The notes beneath the pieces were generated by a model. The model was given only the letters and a program-made list of their open reading frames with translations. It searched no databases and was not told where the DNA came from. Shown in pieces: positions 51,482-64,000 of a stretch of DNA of 64,000 nucleotides (position 1 is its first letter; every line of letters starts with the position of its first letter). Source of the stretch: Mobula hypostoma (taxonomy: Eukaryota); the NCBI RefSeq assembly GCF_963921235.1, contig NC_086118.1:14324001-14388000 (forward strand), given 5' to 3'. The translations under genes were made by a program, and so were the position numbers.

Positions 51482-51545
51482 ACAGGTGTGCGCCACTTAA
51501 CGTCCATTCAGACAACGTCCGATCGCATATACATCCATAGTCACA
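51482..51545 (+). mobile_element. Tigger3/MER47-like terminal fragment
   Basis: TA|CAGgtgtgcgccacttaacgtcc...gacaacgtccgatcgcatatac. Confidence 0.45.
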
Positions 51546-53465
51546 CACACATATTGCCTGCAATAGTCAGGATCAGAACTTACTTTTTTACATCGAAGTG
51601 GGGGGTTTTAAATGAGTGATTTAGAAGTTCTGTATCTTCAAGTTCAACTTTGTTGTCATCTGGCTGATTGTCCACAAAAAAAAAACACTTGTCTGGACCA
51701 CGGTGTAGCCACAATACATATATCACACACACCACATAAAACAATATATTACCACATTATTTAATAAAGTGTAATTCAAAATGCATATAAAGTGCACAGC
51801 ACAGGTGAAAAGTTCACTATCCTAATGACAAGACCTCGGTGGGGGCCGGGTATTTGTTAAAATCGTTTTTTCTTCTGAAAATGGCTGCGCTTAAACCCAG
51901 CCCATCGTTGGCTTCGATATACCTGTAAGTGGAAGTGTTTCAGGAAAAAAAAACCAAAGAATTTGCTTGCTGCGAGCATGCTTTTAAAGATGTCTTTGCG
52001 GACAATTTTGGAATTTCGCTCCAATTTAAACCCCACTCTAATCCCCTTTAATTTGACTGTAAAGCCTGCCCACATAAAAAACTGATAGGTCTACTTAGCA
52101 CAAAGAGAGACCAATCAGGATGTGCTCTCTCTCTCTCTCTCTCTTCCCCCCCCCCACTTCTCTCTGTCCCTCCCCCTCTCTCCCTCTCGCTCACTCGCTT
52201 TCAAAAAAATCGATTTCCGGGATATTGTATATAATTTGCGGACATCAGGAAGCTGCTGTCGATATGCGGGAGACTCCCGGAACTTCTGGGAGAGGTGGGA
52301 TGTCTGCTTCAGCCTCCTAAATTCTGCACAAAGAGCCCAGAACCCTCTGGTCCTGCACTACTTTACATCTGTGCACGCTGGCTTCTATTATGTACCTCAC
52401 TTTCTTCTTTTCCAAAGCAAATACAGCAATATCCTGAGTTAAATTTCATCCACCACATATGCACCCGTTCCACATGCTCTCCTGTTTTCTTGTGACATGG
52501 AATATAAGAATGCGATTGACAAGCAATTTAAGTATGCAGTCAACCTTTTATTACATAACTCAAAATTCTGGTGAAATCATAAATAGTAGAATGGCCTATT
52601 GCGCTGCAATACTTTTTAATACCTTGCAGTCTCTCTAACAGTTTACACCATACTAAGCCCATTCAGTATACTGAATCTTGCATTGCCCGCAGAAAGGTAT
52701 TGTTTTTACGATGCAGATAGCTTTGAGTTAGGAATGTGTAAAGTATGTATATTGATAATACATTTATTTCAGCATTAAGGACTTAAGAAGGCCTATGATC
52801 TGCATGAACTAATTTAGCTGCTGTTTTCAAACCAGAGATTTATGTAGTGCTGCAAGTGTTCAAGCTGAATACTGAACAAAACTGTGGAAACAAACATGCA
52901 ACTGGAAATTCAGATTTAACACCACTTGGTAAATCCTTTGGAGAATGTATTTCCATCCAGCATCATCCCTCAATTTCAAATTAGTGCTTGGAGAAGCCGT
53001 AAGAAAGTACTGATTGACAGCTGTGAACTGCAGCTTTGATGGGTCAGGGCAAGGATTTCAGTACGAAACATAAGCCTCGCTCTACTGATCCCTAATGCAC
53101 ATTGGTGTCAATCATGGTGTGAAAGAATCGGTTGACAGGGTTACCAAATTTTCACAGAGTAGATACTTGAAAAATCCCACTTGTTTTAAGTAATTAAATG
53201 TTTTAGCTGAGATGTCGTCGTGCACCAAAGCTGCTGTTTATAAATCCTTTGTATTCCATAATGACTATACATCTATAAAACACCTGAGCAATTCTGAAGC
53301 ACAACAGCTAGCACTCAGTTGAAAACCTGCAATACTAGGATTGCACCAAATGCAGGATTTATGACAAACCAATAAAATATAATCTTCCCCAACTCGTGTT
53401 TTTTCTTAAAATAAGTTGCAGGAGCCTCCCTGTTAGTTACAGTAAATGGAGGTAGAGTAGGCCAT

Positions 53466-53654
53466 GCAGCATCTACAGAAAAGAGTACAGTCAATGTTTC
53501 GGGCCCTGAACATTCATCAGGATCTGATGAAGGGTCTCAGCCTGGAACGTTGACTGGACTCTTTTCCATAGATGCCGCCTGCCCTGCCGAGTTCCTCCAG
53601 CATATTGTGTGTGTTGCGTGGATTTCCAGCATCCGCAGATTCTCTCTTGTTTGT
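53466..53654. mobile_element. Older fold-back Penelope terminal repeat
   Basis: Imperfect inverted arms 53466-53520 / 53524-53578 centred on tcatcag-gat-ctgatga. Confidence 0.75.
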
Positions 53655-54614
53655 AATGAAGTAAACTTTATTCACTGCCCCCTTTTGAATTGTGGGAAAA
53701 ATAAATTGCTTCTTTTTTTGCAGTGCACAAAACCATAACAGTAGGATTTGTATTCTTAGGTGGTCTACCGGATCAAGGATAATTTGCTCTACACTGGATT
53801 TGTGAACTCTGATGGAACTGATGTCAGTGTAGAAACAGCAGATGCTTCCACAAATTGAGGGGAGGTTAGGAGAGAGGAGTAGGTAATTTCTGAGGAGATC
53901 CTGATGGATGAACTTCAGGTTCTCAATACCACCCTGAAAGTTCCTTCTCCAATTTGAATAGTTATGAGTCAGGAATATCCAAGAGTTCGTAGGACTTTCA
54001 AGGAAGTGTTGAGCAATTCTTTTCCACTTTTTGTCTGGAATCAGATGTTATTTGGATCCTGCTATACATTGGGAATGGCTCGAATGGTTATTGTTGGGGA
54101 ACATTCTGGGGTTATGAAAATATGGATAGCATAATCATGGAATAACTGAGAACTAGTCATTGGGAAATAAAACCTGTGTACAATTTAACTTCCAATCGAT
54201 ACTTTCTGGCTAGTTAAATCAATCACTGGGTGTGGAGCATTCTCTGTCCCCTTGAAACTACATCAGAAAAAACAAAATATAAATGTTCCTGCTATAAGCA
54301 CATCGTTAAAGGTGTAACCCTGTCACTTAATGCACAGTTCAAGATCTGTTGTGTCAGTTAACCTTATAGTTAGTTATATATTCAGGATGCTATCCCTCAA
54401 CATTATAACTAAAGGGGTGTATTTTGGGCATCTAGAAGCTTTTGGAACAGGTATCAGTACTGAATCTTCAAAGGAGTTCTGCTAGCTGGCGTGTACTGCC
54501 ATTGTACATACATAATCCTACAGTAATTTCATTATCTCCACTCCCCCCTCAAGATTCTATTACCTACACACAAGGAGCACCTTATAGTGTTGAAATTTAT
54601 ATTTGGTGGATTTG

Positions 54615-55190
54615 GGCCAGCACAGCAGCGAAATGGTCAGCATAACGCTTTACAGCACAGCGATCAGAAGACTGGGCTTCAATTCCCGCTGCTGTCTGCA
54701 AAGAGTTTATACGTTCTTCCCATGACCACATGGGTTTCTTGGAGATGCTCCCACCTTCTCCCACATTCCAAAGACATGCAGGTTAAGTTTGTAAGATGTG
54801 GGCTTGCTAATTTGGCACTGGAAGTATGGTGACACTTGCCAGCTGCCCCCAGCATGTCCTCGGACTGGGTTTGCTGTTGATGCGATATTACTTATTACTC
54901 AGTATTATTTATTCATTATTTTTATTTAATTTTTCTTTGAACATTTGCATAATTTGCTGTCTTTTGCACATTAGTTGTTTGTCCATCTTTGTGTGTAGTT
55001 TTTCATTGATTCTATTGTATTTCTTTGTATTTACTAAGAATGCCCACAAGAAAATGAATCTCAGGGTAGTATAAAATGACATATATGTACTTTGATAATA
55101 CGTAACTTTACTTTGAACTTTGAACAAGTGATGCATTTGAGTGTGTTTCGATGCTTTGATGTACTTGTGACAAACAAGGATAAATCTTGT
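54615..55190 (+). mobile_element. V-SINE with an inserted Rex1-type tail (54886-55122)
   Basis: tRNA-like head (gcttcaattcc) and V-domain ctcccacattccaaagacatgc. Confidence 0.7.
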
Positions 55191-55249
55191 CTCATCATTG
55201 TTACTGAGATGTGGAGTCAGCAGTAATAATCCTGGTGGAGATCTTTTTT

Positions 55250-55428
55250 TAGGCATCCGTTAGTCTCGTGAGACCATGGATTTGCGCCTTGGAAGGAAAA
55301 CTAGGGAGCAGGCCTGGACGAGGTTGTATGGAAGATCGGCAGTTGCCCATGCTGCAAGTCTCCCCTCTCCACGCCAGCGATGTTGTCCAAGGGAAGGGCA
55401 CTAGGACCAATACAGCTCGGCACCAGTC
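55250..55428 (-). mobile_element. 3' half of the CORE-like SINE seen at 17748
   Basis: Matches 17870-18046 in reverse orientation. Confidence 0.8.
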
Positions 55429-55529
55429 AAGATGTCAGATCTTTCCTTCAGTTCTTCTAATTGAAGATTTTCACAGACAATATAGCCTTGGCCCTGTACT
55501 TGTTCAGTTGAGGATGCAGGTGTTCATGA

Positions 55530-55622
55530 TGACACACAAAATGCTGAAGGATCTCAGCTTGCCAGACAGTATCTATGGAAAGGAATAAACAGTGAACACT
55601 GTAGGCTGAAACCCTTCATTTA
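55530..55622 (-). mobile_element. Degenerate Penelope terminal repeat
   Basis: acacaaaatgctg...atctatggaa...ggctgaaacccttcat. Confidence 0.55.
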
Positions 55623-56739
55623 GGGAGGCCTTCCTTTGTAACGAGCTCCAAACCCATTAATATGCTTATCCAGAATCTCAGTCTTGAATATTTTACTTGT
55701 TAAAGTAACAATATTTTGGCAAGAATGACTCAGATTTCTGCCAACTTCAGTGTGAAACATTGCTACATGTTTTCATTTCTAAGTGGTCCAGCTACTGTGC
55801 AGGCTTCTGTATTGGGGCACAGGCTTCTGGTGATTGATGTTCCTTCGGGAGAGTGAGAAGAGCTGGTGGAGGGTCAGTAGAGCTTGCAGTGTTCTGGAAT
55901 ACTGAAGTGTAGAGACATCCATTGCACTGTGGTGTCCAGCAGCTGATAAGCTGAGACCTGAGTGAATGTAAGATTTGAAGAAGTTGTTGGTAAGGGAGAT
56001 TATTGAGGTCCTGAAGTCAATCCAACCAAGAGAAAAAAATGAGAGACAGAGGAGTCAGGATAATGATGAAACGAGCTAATGAAACAGTTATAATGAGAAA
56101 ACACCATTAATTTAAGAAACCTGATCATGGATTAGAAATAAATGGAGACATCGGAACACCTGCTCCATGTGTATTCTGAGGAAGCTTTGAAAGGTGCCAA
56201 CTAACACAGCAAAATAAAGTAATTAGGAATAGAAATCCAGAGTCCAACTGCAACAAGAGAACTCTCTTAATTCAGTATTGTAGCACAGACAAGTTGCTGA
56301 CTGATAGAATTTGCAATGATTTCCCAAAAGATGACACACTTAACTCTTAAAATTAATAAGAAGTATCATGTTGATGTGGTTTTAAGTTATGTTATATCCT
56401 TTTCCTCTTTGTATAATTCAGCAAGGCAGCTTTGCACTTAAGAACCAATTTTATTTTCACAGAATATTCCCATATATATGATCAAATTGGATTAGTATGT
56501 GACAATTATAATGCTTCTACTGCAGTTCTAAGACTCTTATCCACAGGGTGAATGGAATAAGGTTACTGATTGGCTATGATCACATTGAATGTTGAAACAG
56601 GTTTGGGAGACTAAATAGCATATGCTTTTTCCTATGTGTTTTTGATATGAAGGGAAGGTTAAAAAGTTATCTTCACAGTTAAATCATAACTATCAGGCAA
56701 AAGCAATTTCAAAGACTCTATCACTGTCAAACCCCTCAA

Positions 56740-57480
56740 AATCTTCTGTTCCAAGCTGTTATTACTATAATACTATTATTCCAAGCAAACTCATTGCTAA
56801 ACACTAGACCCTGGTAGTTATTGCCTCCATTCAAATGGATCCTTGACTTTCTGACCAACAGACCATAATCAATAAGAATAGGCAGTAGCATGCCCATCAT
56901 GGTTATTCTAAACACTGGTGCTCCACAAAATTGCATCTTCAGCCTCCTTCTTTGCTTCTGTATGCTCATGACTCCGTGGCCAGATTCTGCCGTAACTCCA
57001 TCTACAAGTTTGCAGATGATACCACTGTAGTGGGCCACATCTCAAATGATGACGAGTCGGAGTACAGGAAGGAGATAAAGAGCTTAATGACATGGTGTCA
57101 TGACAACGACCTTTCCTTTAAGGTCAACAAAAGAGCTAGTCATTGACTGAAGGCAGTGAGGTGGCGCATATATTCCTACCTATAGGTTGAGAGCTTCAAG
57201 TTCCTAGATGTAAACATCTCCAATAATCTGTCCTGGTTCAACGACATTGATGTCATGTCCAAGAAAGCTACCAATGTCATTACTTCTGCATGCACCATAG
57301 AAAGTATTCTGTTGGATCCATAATGGCTTGATATGGAAACTGCTCTCCACCTGATAGCAAGATACTACAGAGAGCTATAAACATAGTTTAGCACGTCTAC
57401 AGAATCCTCTGAACTCTGTGTATACTTCACATTATGTCTGTAAAATATCCAACATAATCAAAGACCCCATCCACCACTGG
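56740..57480 (+). mobile_element. Old Rex1/Babar RT fragment
   Basis: KFADDTTVVGHISNDDESEYRKEI. Confidence 0.7.
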
Positions 57481-58334
57481 AAGATTAGCTGGCTGCTGTT
57501 GATTGCCCCAAGGGTTTAAGGTGAGTAGTTTATGAGAAAGGGGGATTTTGTTAAGACTGTTGAAAATGGGTATTTGATGTTGGTTGTGCAGTTATTGGAC
57601 TAAAATACCTGTTCCATGTTGTGAGACTCTAAAGTAGTTGATGGGGAAATCTAAGTTTGAACATTCTATTTAGCCACAGGGTGAACAGAATTAGATTACT
57701 GATTAGCTATGATCATGTTTAAAGTTGAAACAGGTTTGAGAGGCTAAATGATTTGCTCTTTTCCCTGTGTGTGACACCTTTACAATGTTGTTGATTTGAA
57801 GGAAAGGTTAAAAAGTTACCTTCACAGTTAAGTTATAACTATCAGTCAAAACAATTTTAGAGACCCTCTCAGGAGCCTGACAAACAGTCCACATACCTTC
57901 AAGATGAAGCAAATCTGTGTGAACCTTGCTCACACAGCCTCCTATAGGGTCAATTTCAAAGGTCAAAGATTGTGAATGATAAGAAATGAGAGCCAGGCAG
58001 TTGGTATTAATTATTTCTTTCAGCTCTCTGGTGGAGATGACATCCACTGTCATTTGTTATGTGATCAGGCTGTTTCAGTCCAAGCATTTTCTATAATGCA
58101 AAAGAATTACTTTCTCTTGAACTAAGAACTGGTTGCATCGGTATGCACTAAGGGTGGTTCTGTTGGCAGTATCTTAGCAGTGCTCAGCAATCTGTGCTGG
58201 CTAATGAAGAGCAAACTTCAGGATCATATCCTTCACATTTGCTGAGAATGCTTGTAAATCTAAATGAAACAGGCCCCAGGCTGACCTAGGTAGAACATTA
58301 ACCCTCATTTATATAACTTTACATTCTAAAACAT

Positions 58335-61300
58335 TCGGGGAGAAGGGTCTGCACTGCGCAGGCGCGTGATATAGTGCGCCAAGGTTTAAAAAGAGAAATT
58401 TTCAGCAGTTCTTGTTTCAGTCAAAGCAAGCAGCTCAGAAGAAGGGAGTGAAGAAATCGGGTACAAAAAGTCTTTTTTTTAAAACACTGCTCGGGGAGAA
58501 GGGTCTGCACTGCGCAGGCGCATGACGTAGCGCGCCAAGGCTTAAAAACAGACCACCATATACAGCGGGCAGTGGAGTGAGTGGGAGCAGAGTGGGGCGG
58601 CTTTGGCTCAACACGCTTCGGCAAGAACAGGCAGAGGCCAGGGTAGGTTCCGGTAAGTTTTTTGTTCAGAATGTTTAGTATAGAGAGAATGCCAGACAGG
58701 ATGTTGGAATGCTCCTCTTGCAGGATGTGGGAAGTCAGGGAGACCTCCGGTGTCCCTGACAACGACACCTGCAAGAGGTGCATCCAGCTGCAGCTCCTAA
58801 CAAACCGCGTTAGGGAACTGCAGCAGGAGCTGGATGACCTCCAGATCATTCGGGAGAATGAACAGATTATAGACAGTAGCTACAGGGAGGTAGTTACGCC
58901 AAAGGAGCAGAGCACAGGAAATTGGGTCACTTTCAGGCAAGGGAAGAGGAAAGGGCAGGCAGAGCAGTGTTCCCCAGTGGCCATTCCCCTCACATTGGAT
59001 ACTGTTGGGGGGGGGATGACTTACCTGGGACAAGCTGCAGTAGCTGGATCTCTGGCACTGAGTCTGGCTCTGCAGTGCAGAAGGGAGGGGGGAGAAAGAG
59101 GAGAACGGTAGTGATAGGGGACTCGATAGTTAGAGGTGCAAATAGGAGGTTCTGTGGTCGTGACAGAGAATCCAGGATGGTTCGTTGCCTCCCAGGTGCC
59201 AGGGTCAAGGATGTCTCTGATCACTTGCAGACATTCTGAAGTGGGAGGGTGATCAGCCAGATGTCGTGGTGCACATTGGTACCAATGCCATAGCAAGGAA
59301 GAGTGAGGAGGTCCTGGTGAGTGAGTATAGAGAGCTTGGTAGGAAGTTGAAAAGCAGGACCTCAAGGGTGGTAATCTCAGGATTGCTACCTGTGCTACGT
59401 GCCAGTGAGGGTAAGAATAGGATGCTCTGGAGGATGAACAAGTGGCTGAGGAACTGGTATAGGGGGCAGGGTTTCAGAATTCAGGATCATTGGGACCTCT
59501 TCTGGGGCAGGTGGGACCTGTACAAGAAAGACAGGTTACACTTGAACTACAAGGGGACTAATATCGTTTCAGGGAGGTTTGTTAGTGCTATTGGGGAGGC
59601 TTTAAACTAGATTTGCAGGGGGATGGGAACCAGAGTGCCAGAGCTGACAGTGAGGCTGGGGTGAAAATAAATGATGTTAAAAGTTCAAGCAAAGCCGCAA
59701 ATAGAAAGGTTGTGAGTGGTTGTAAAAATCTTCTGAGGTGTATATATTTCAATGCTAGGAGTATTGCGGGGAAGGCAGCCGAGTTGAGGGCATGGATTGA
59801 CACGTGGAATTATGACGTTATAGGAATTAGTGAAACTTGGCTACAGGAGGGGCAGGACTGGCAGCTTAATATTCTAGGGTTCCGATGTTTCAGATGTGAT
59901 CGAGGCAGAGGAATGAAAGGTGGGGGAGTAGCATTGCTTGTTAGGGAAAATATTACAGCAGTGCTCAGGCAGGACAGATTAGAGGGCTTGTCTACTGAGT
60001 CCTTATGGGTGGAGCTGAGAAACAGGAAAGGTATGGCCACATTGGTGGGGTTGTATTATAGACCACCCAATAGTCAGCGAGAATTGGAGGAGCAAATCTG
60101 CAGAGAGATAGCAGGCAACTGCAGGAAACGTAAAGTTGTGGTGGTAGGGGATTTTAATTTTCCACATATTGATTGGGACTCCCATACTGTTAGGGGTCTA
60201 GATAGGTTAGAGTTTGTAAAATGTGTTCAGGAAAGTTTTAGAAATGTGTTCAGGAAAGTTTAGAAAGTTTTCTAAATCAATATATAGAAGTACCAACTAG
60301 AGGGGATGCAATATTGGATCTCCTATTAGGAAATGAGTTAGGACAAGTGACGGAAGTGTGTATAGGGGAACACTTTGGTCCCAGTGATCATAACACCCTT
60401 AGTTTCAACTTGATCATGGATAAAGATAGAACTGGTCCTAGGGTTGAGGTTCTAAACTGGAAGAAGGCCAAATTTGAAGAAATGAGAAAGGATCTAAAAA
60501 GCGTGGATTGGGACAGGTTGTTCTCTGGCAAGGATGTGATCGGTAAGTGGGAAGCCTTCAAAGGAAAATTTTGAGAGTGCAGAGCTTGTATGTTCCTGTC
60601 AGGACTAAAGCCAAAGTGAATAGGAATAAGGAACCTTGGTTCTCAAGGGATATTGCAACTCTGATAAAGAAGAGGAGAGAGTTGTATGACAAGTATAGGA
60701 AACAGGGAGTAAATTAGGTGCTTGAGGAGTATAAAAAGTGCAAGAAAAGACTTAAGAAGGAGATCAGGAAGGCTAAAAGAAGAGATGAGGTTTCCTTGGC
60801 AGTGAAAGTGAAGGATAATCCAAAGAGTTTTTACAGGTATATTAAGAGTAAAAGGATTGTAAGGGATAAAATTGGTCCTCTTGAAGATCAGAGTGGTCGG
60901 CTATGTGCGGAACCAAAAGAAATTGAGGAGATCTTAAATGGGTTTTTTGCGTCTGTATTTACTAAGGAAACTGGTATGAAGTCTATGGAATTAAGGGAAA
61001 CAAGTAGTGAGATAATGGAAACTGTACAGATTGAAAAGGAGGAGGTACTTGCTATCTTGAGACAAATTAAAGTAGATAAATCCCCAGGACCTGACAGGGT
61101 ATTCCCTCGGACCTTGAAGGAGACTAGTGTTGAAATTGCAAGGGCCCTGGCAGATATACTTAAAATGTCGGTGTCTACAGGTGAGGTGCCAGAGGATTGG
61201 AGAATGGTTCATGTTGTTCCGTTGTTTAAAAAAGGATCGAAAAGTAATCTGGGAAATTATAGGCCGGTAAGTTTGACGTCGGTAGTGGGTAAGTTATTGG

Positions 61301-62648
61301 AGGGAGTACTAAGATACAGATTCTACAAGCATTTGGATAGACAGGGATTTATTAGGGAGCGTCAACATGGCTTTGTGCGTGGTAGGTCATGTTTGACCAA
61401 TCTATTGGAGTTTTTCGACGAGGTTACCAGGAAAGTGGATGAAGGGAAGGCAGTGGATATTGTCTACATGGACTTCAGTAAGGCCTTTGACAAAGTCCCG
61501 CATGGGAGGTTAGTTAGGAAAATTCAGTCGTTAGGTATACATGGAGAGGTGGTAAATTGGATTAGACATTGGCTCAATGGAAGAAGCCAAAGAATGGTAG
61601 TAGAGGATTGCTTCTCAGAGTGGAGGCCTGTGACTAGTGGTGTACCACAGGGATCAGTACTGGGTCGATTGTTATTTATCATCTATATCAATGATCTGGA
61701 TGATAATGCGGTAAATTGGATCAGCAAATTTGCTGATGATATAAAGATTGGAGGTGTAGTGGACTGTGAAGAAGGTTTTCAAAGCTTGCAAAGGGATTTG
61801 GACCAGCTGGAAAAATGGGCTGAAAAATGGCAGATTGAGTTTAATACAGAAAAGTGTGAGGTATTGCACGTTGGAAGGACAAACCAAGGTAGAACATATA
61901 GGGTAAATGGTAAGGTGCTGAGGAGTGCAGTAGAACAGAGGGATCTGGGAATACAGATGCAAGATTCTCTAAAAGTGGCCTCACAGGTAGATAAGGTCGT
62001 AAAGAGAGCTTTTGGTACATTGGCCTTTATTAATAAAAGTATTAAGAGCTGGAATGTTATGATGAGGTTGTATAAGGCCGAATCAGGAGTATTGTGTTCA
62101 GTTTTGGTCACCAGATTACAGGAAGGATATTATTAAGGTTGATAGAGTGCAGAGAAGGTTTACAAGGATGTTGCCGGGACTTGAGAAACTCAGTTACAGA
62201 GAAAGGTTGAATAGGTTAGGACTTTATTCCCTGGAGCGTGGAAGAATGAGGGGAGATTTGATAGAGGTATATAAAATTATGATGGGTATAGATAGAGTGA
62301 ATGCAGGCAGGCTTTTTCCACTGAGGCAAGGGGAGAAAAAAAACTAGAGGACATGGGTTAAGGTTGAGGGGGGAAAGGTTTAAAGGGAACATTAGGGGGG
62401 ACTTCTTCACACAGAGAGTGGTGGGAGTGTGGAATGAGCTACCAGCGTAGGTGGTAAATGTGGATTCTATTTTAACATTTAAGAATAAATTGGACAGATA
62501 CATGGATGGGAGGTGTATGGAGGGATGTGGTCCGTGTGCAGGTCAGTGGGACTAGGCAGAAAAGGGTTTGGCACAGCCAAGAAGGGCCAAAAGGCCTGTT
62601 TCTGTGCTGTAGTTTTTCTATGGTTTCTATGGTTTCTATGGTTTCTAT
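58335..62648 (+). mobile_element. Apparently full-length CR1 LINE (decayed): 5' UTR, ORF1 (Cys finger, coiled coil, SGNH esterase), ORF2 (APE+RT)
   Basis: ORF1 ECSSCRMWE...CKRC, VIGDS, HIGTN, DRLHLN; ORF2 59613-~62530 with frameshifts; (TTTCTATGG)n tail. Confidence 0.95.
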
Positions 62649-62873
62649 TGCAAGCTTCAAAGGAGCACAGTCAAGCAAAATTTGAGACTGAGACGCTTAC
62701 AGATGAATTAGTTCAGCTTTTGGCTAATAATGATTGCAGATCAGTAGAGCACAGCAACTGACCCTATGACCATGGTATCTACACTGAACACAATGCCAAA
62801 TTAAACTAAGTCTCTTCTGCCTGTACATGACCCATAGGCCCTCCATTCCTGCATATTGAAGTTTTTCTCCAAA

Positions 62874-63093
62874 AGGGCAGCAGGGTTAACACAATGCTTT
62901 ACAGTACCAGCACCCAGGTTCAATTCCTACCACTGTCTGTAAGGAATTTTCACATTTTCCTTGTGGCCCTGCGGGTTCCTCCTGGTGCTACAGTTTTCTC
63001 CCACAGTCCAAAGAGGTACTGGTTGGTCGATTAATTAGTCATTGTAAATTGTCCTGTGACTAGGGTAGTGTTAAACTGAAGGTTGCTGGGGGG
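62874..63093 (+). mobile_element. V-SINE cut by a Gypsy insertion
   Basis: B-box ggttcaattcc; V-domain ttctcccacagtccaaaga. Confidence 0.75.
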
Positions 63094-64000
63094 TGTAATG
63101 TTGATGTGACTCGGACACCACTGAAGACTGAACAACCACGTTTATTCACCAGACTTCCATTTTTACTTCTCCACGTCCTGATGTCATACACATTCTGACA
63201 CTACGAATACTCACACAATACATTACATCCCCCTTCTCAAGATTTTTTTTTCTTTTTACAATACTGTGAATTACCAAAACAATGCCTCTAGGTATGCCCT
63301 ACTTACAGTGCAACAACCATGACGTAAACTAAAAAAAAACTTAACTTCTTGTACTGTATTCTGCATTGTAACTTACAATACTAACAGCAGTGTATTTTCT
63401 TTTACTAACATGGACTAATAAACCTTTTATTTCACACCTTGGAACTTATGACATGTGTGACTTTGCCTCAAACTGTGTGAGACTGTATGTATGTCTAGTC
63501 TCTGTACCTAGCTGGAAGTTTGACTTGTCTCTCAGACCGTGTGTGATACAACTGTGACGGCGCTTGTCCTTCATCAGTGTCAGTCTCTTGAGTGATCTCT
63601 GTGTCTTTGCGGTCTGCATCGTTCTTGGTGTCGTTTGTTTCCATGTCTGTATCTGTGTAAATGTCCTGTGCATCTGTACCTGGAAACTCCCTCTCACCTG
63701 TCTTCAGCAGATGCTTCCTGTTCCTCCTGTAGACGCTTCCATCCGGCGTGCGAGCTATGAAGGATCTTGGTTGCTGATGTCTGTTCACAACCACAGCTGA
63801 TTGCCAAGTGTCTCCTCTCTGTATTCTGACATTTTCACCTGTATGCAGATCTGGCAACTGTCTTGTATGTCTGTTGTTGCTTGTCTTCGGGTGGTGGTAG
63901 CTGTACCACAGCTCTGACTTTTTCATCATCTGGTTTTAGCCCACCAGCACTGAGTACATGACCTATGTATTTGATCTCTGTAGTTCTGATCTTAAATTTA
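63094..64000 (-). mobile_element. Gypsy LTR retrotransposon 3' end (3' LTR 63094-63227, PPT, integrase C-terminus, RT end); runs off the window
   Basis: LTR TGTAATGT...ACATTACA; polypurine tract gagaaggggga adjacent on the minus strand; PRSFIARTPDGSVYRRNRKHL; IKYIGHVLSAGGLKPDDEKV. Confidence 0.88.

Larger units (their letters stand above)
51042..52306 (-). mobile_element. hAT-superfamily DNA transposon (deletion derivative), 6-bp TSD
   Basis: 13-bp TIR CAGACATCCCACC / GGTGGGATGTCTG; TSD CTTCAG (51036-51041 / 52307-52312); transposase remnant inside. Confidence 0.85.

Noticed and set aside
60219..60273. Programmed frameshift or regulatory repeat in CR1 ORF2
   Set aside because: A simple slippage duplication (aaatgtgttcaggaaagttt x2) that disrupts the ORF

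Overview
Repeat-dense, gene-poor vertebrate genomic DNA, most likely intronic or intergenic. The repeat mix (CR1 with (TTTCTATG)n tails, V-SINEs, Rex1/Babar, Penelope) suggests a cartilaginous fish; this is inference. No host protein-coding gene is confidently recognised. Nearly all long ORFs are transposon-derived: CR1, Rex1/Babar, L1/Tx1, RTE, Penelope GIY-YIG, Gypsy and a hAT transposase exon. The most notable signal is a minimal type-I hammerhead ribozyme motif (CUGANGA - stem II - GAAAC GUC) in the terminal repeat of a Penelope-like family, with about 10 copies of different ages. Two copies are fold-back inversions centred on the ribozyme core, and three insertions share a stereotyped inverted-end geometry with 15-16 bp TSDs. 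Other highlights: a multi-layer nested insertion (11780-17112), a hAT element with a 6-bp TSD, a Tigger4-like end, a twin-priming-type inverted Rex1 copy, several solo LTRs and a Gypsy element with a 134-bp LTR. All family names come from motif recognition, not database searches.
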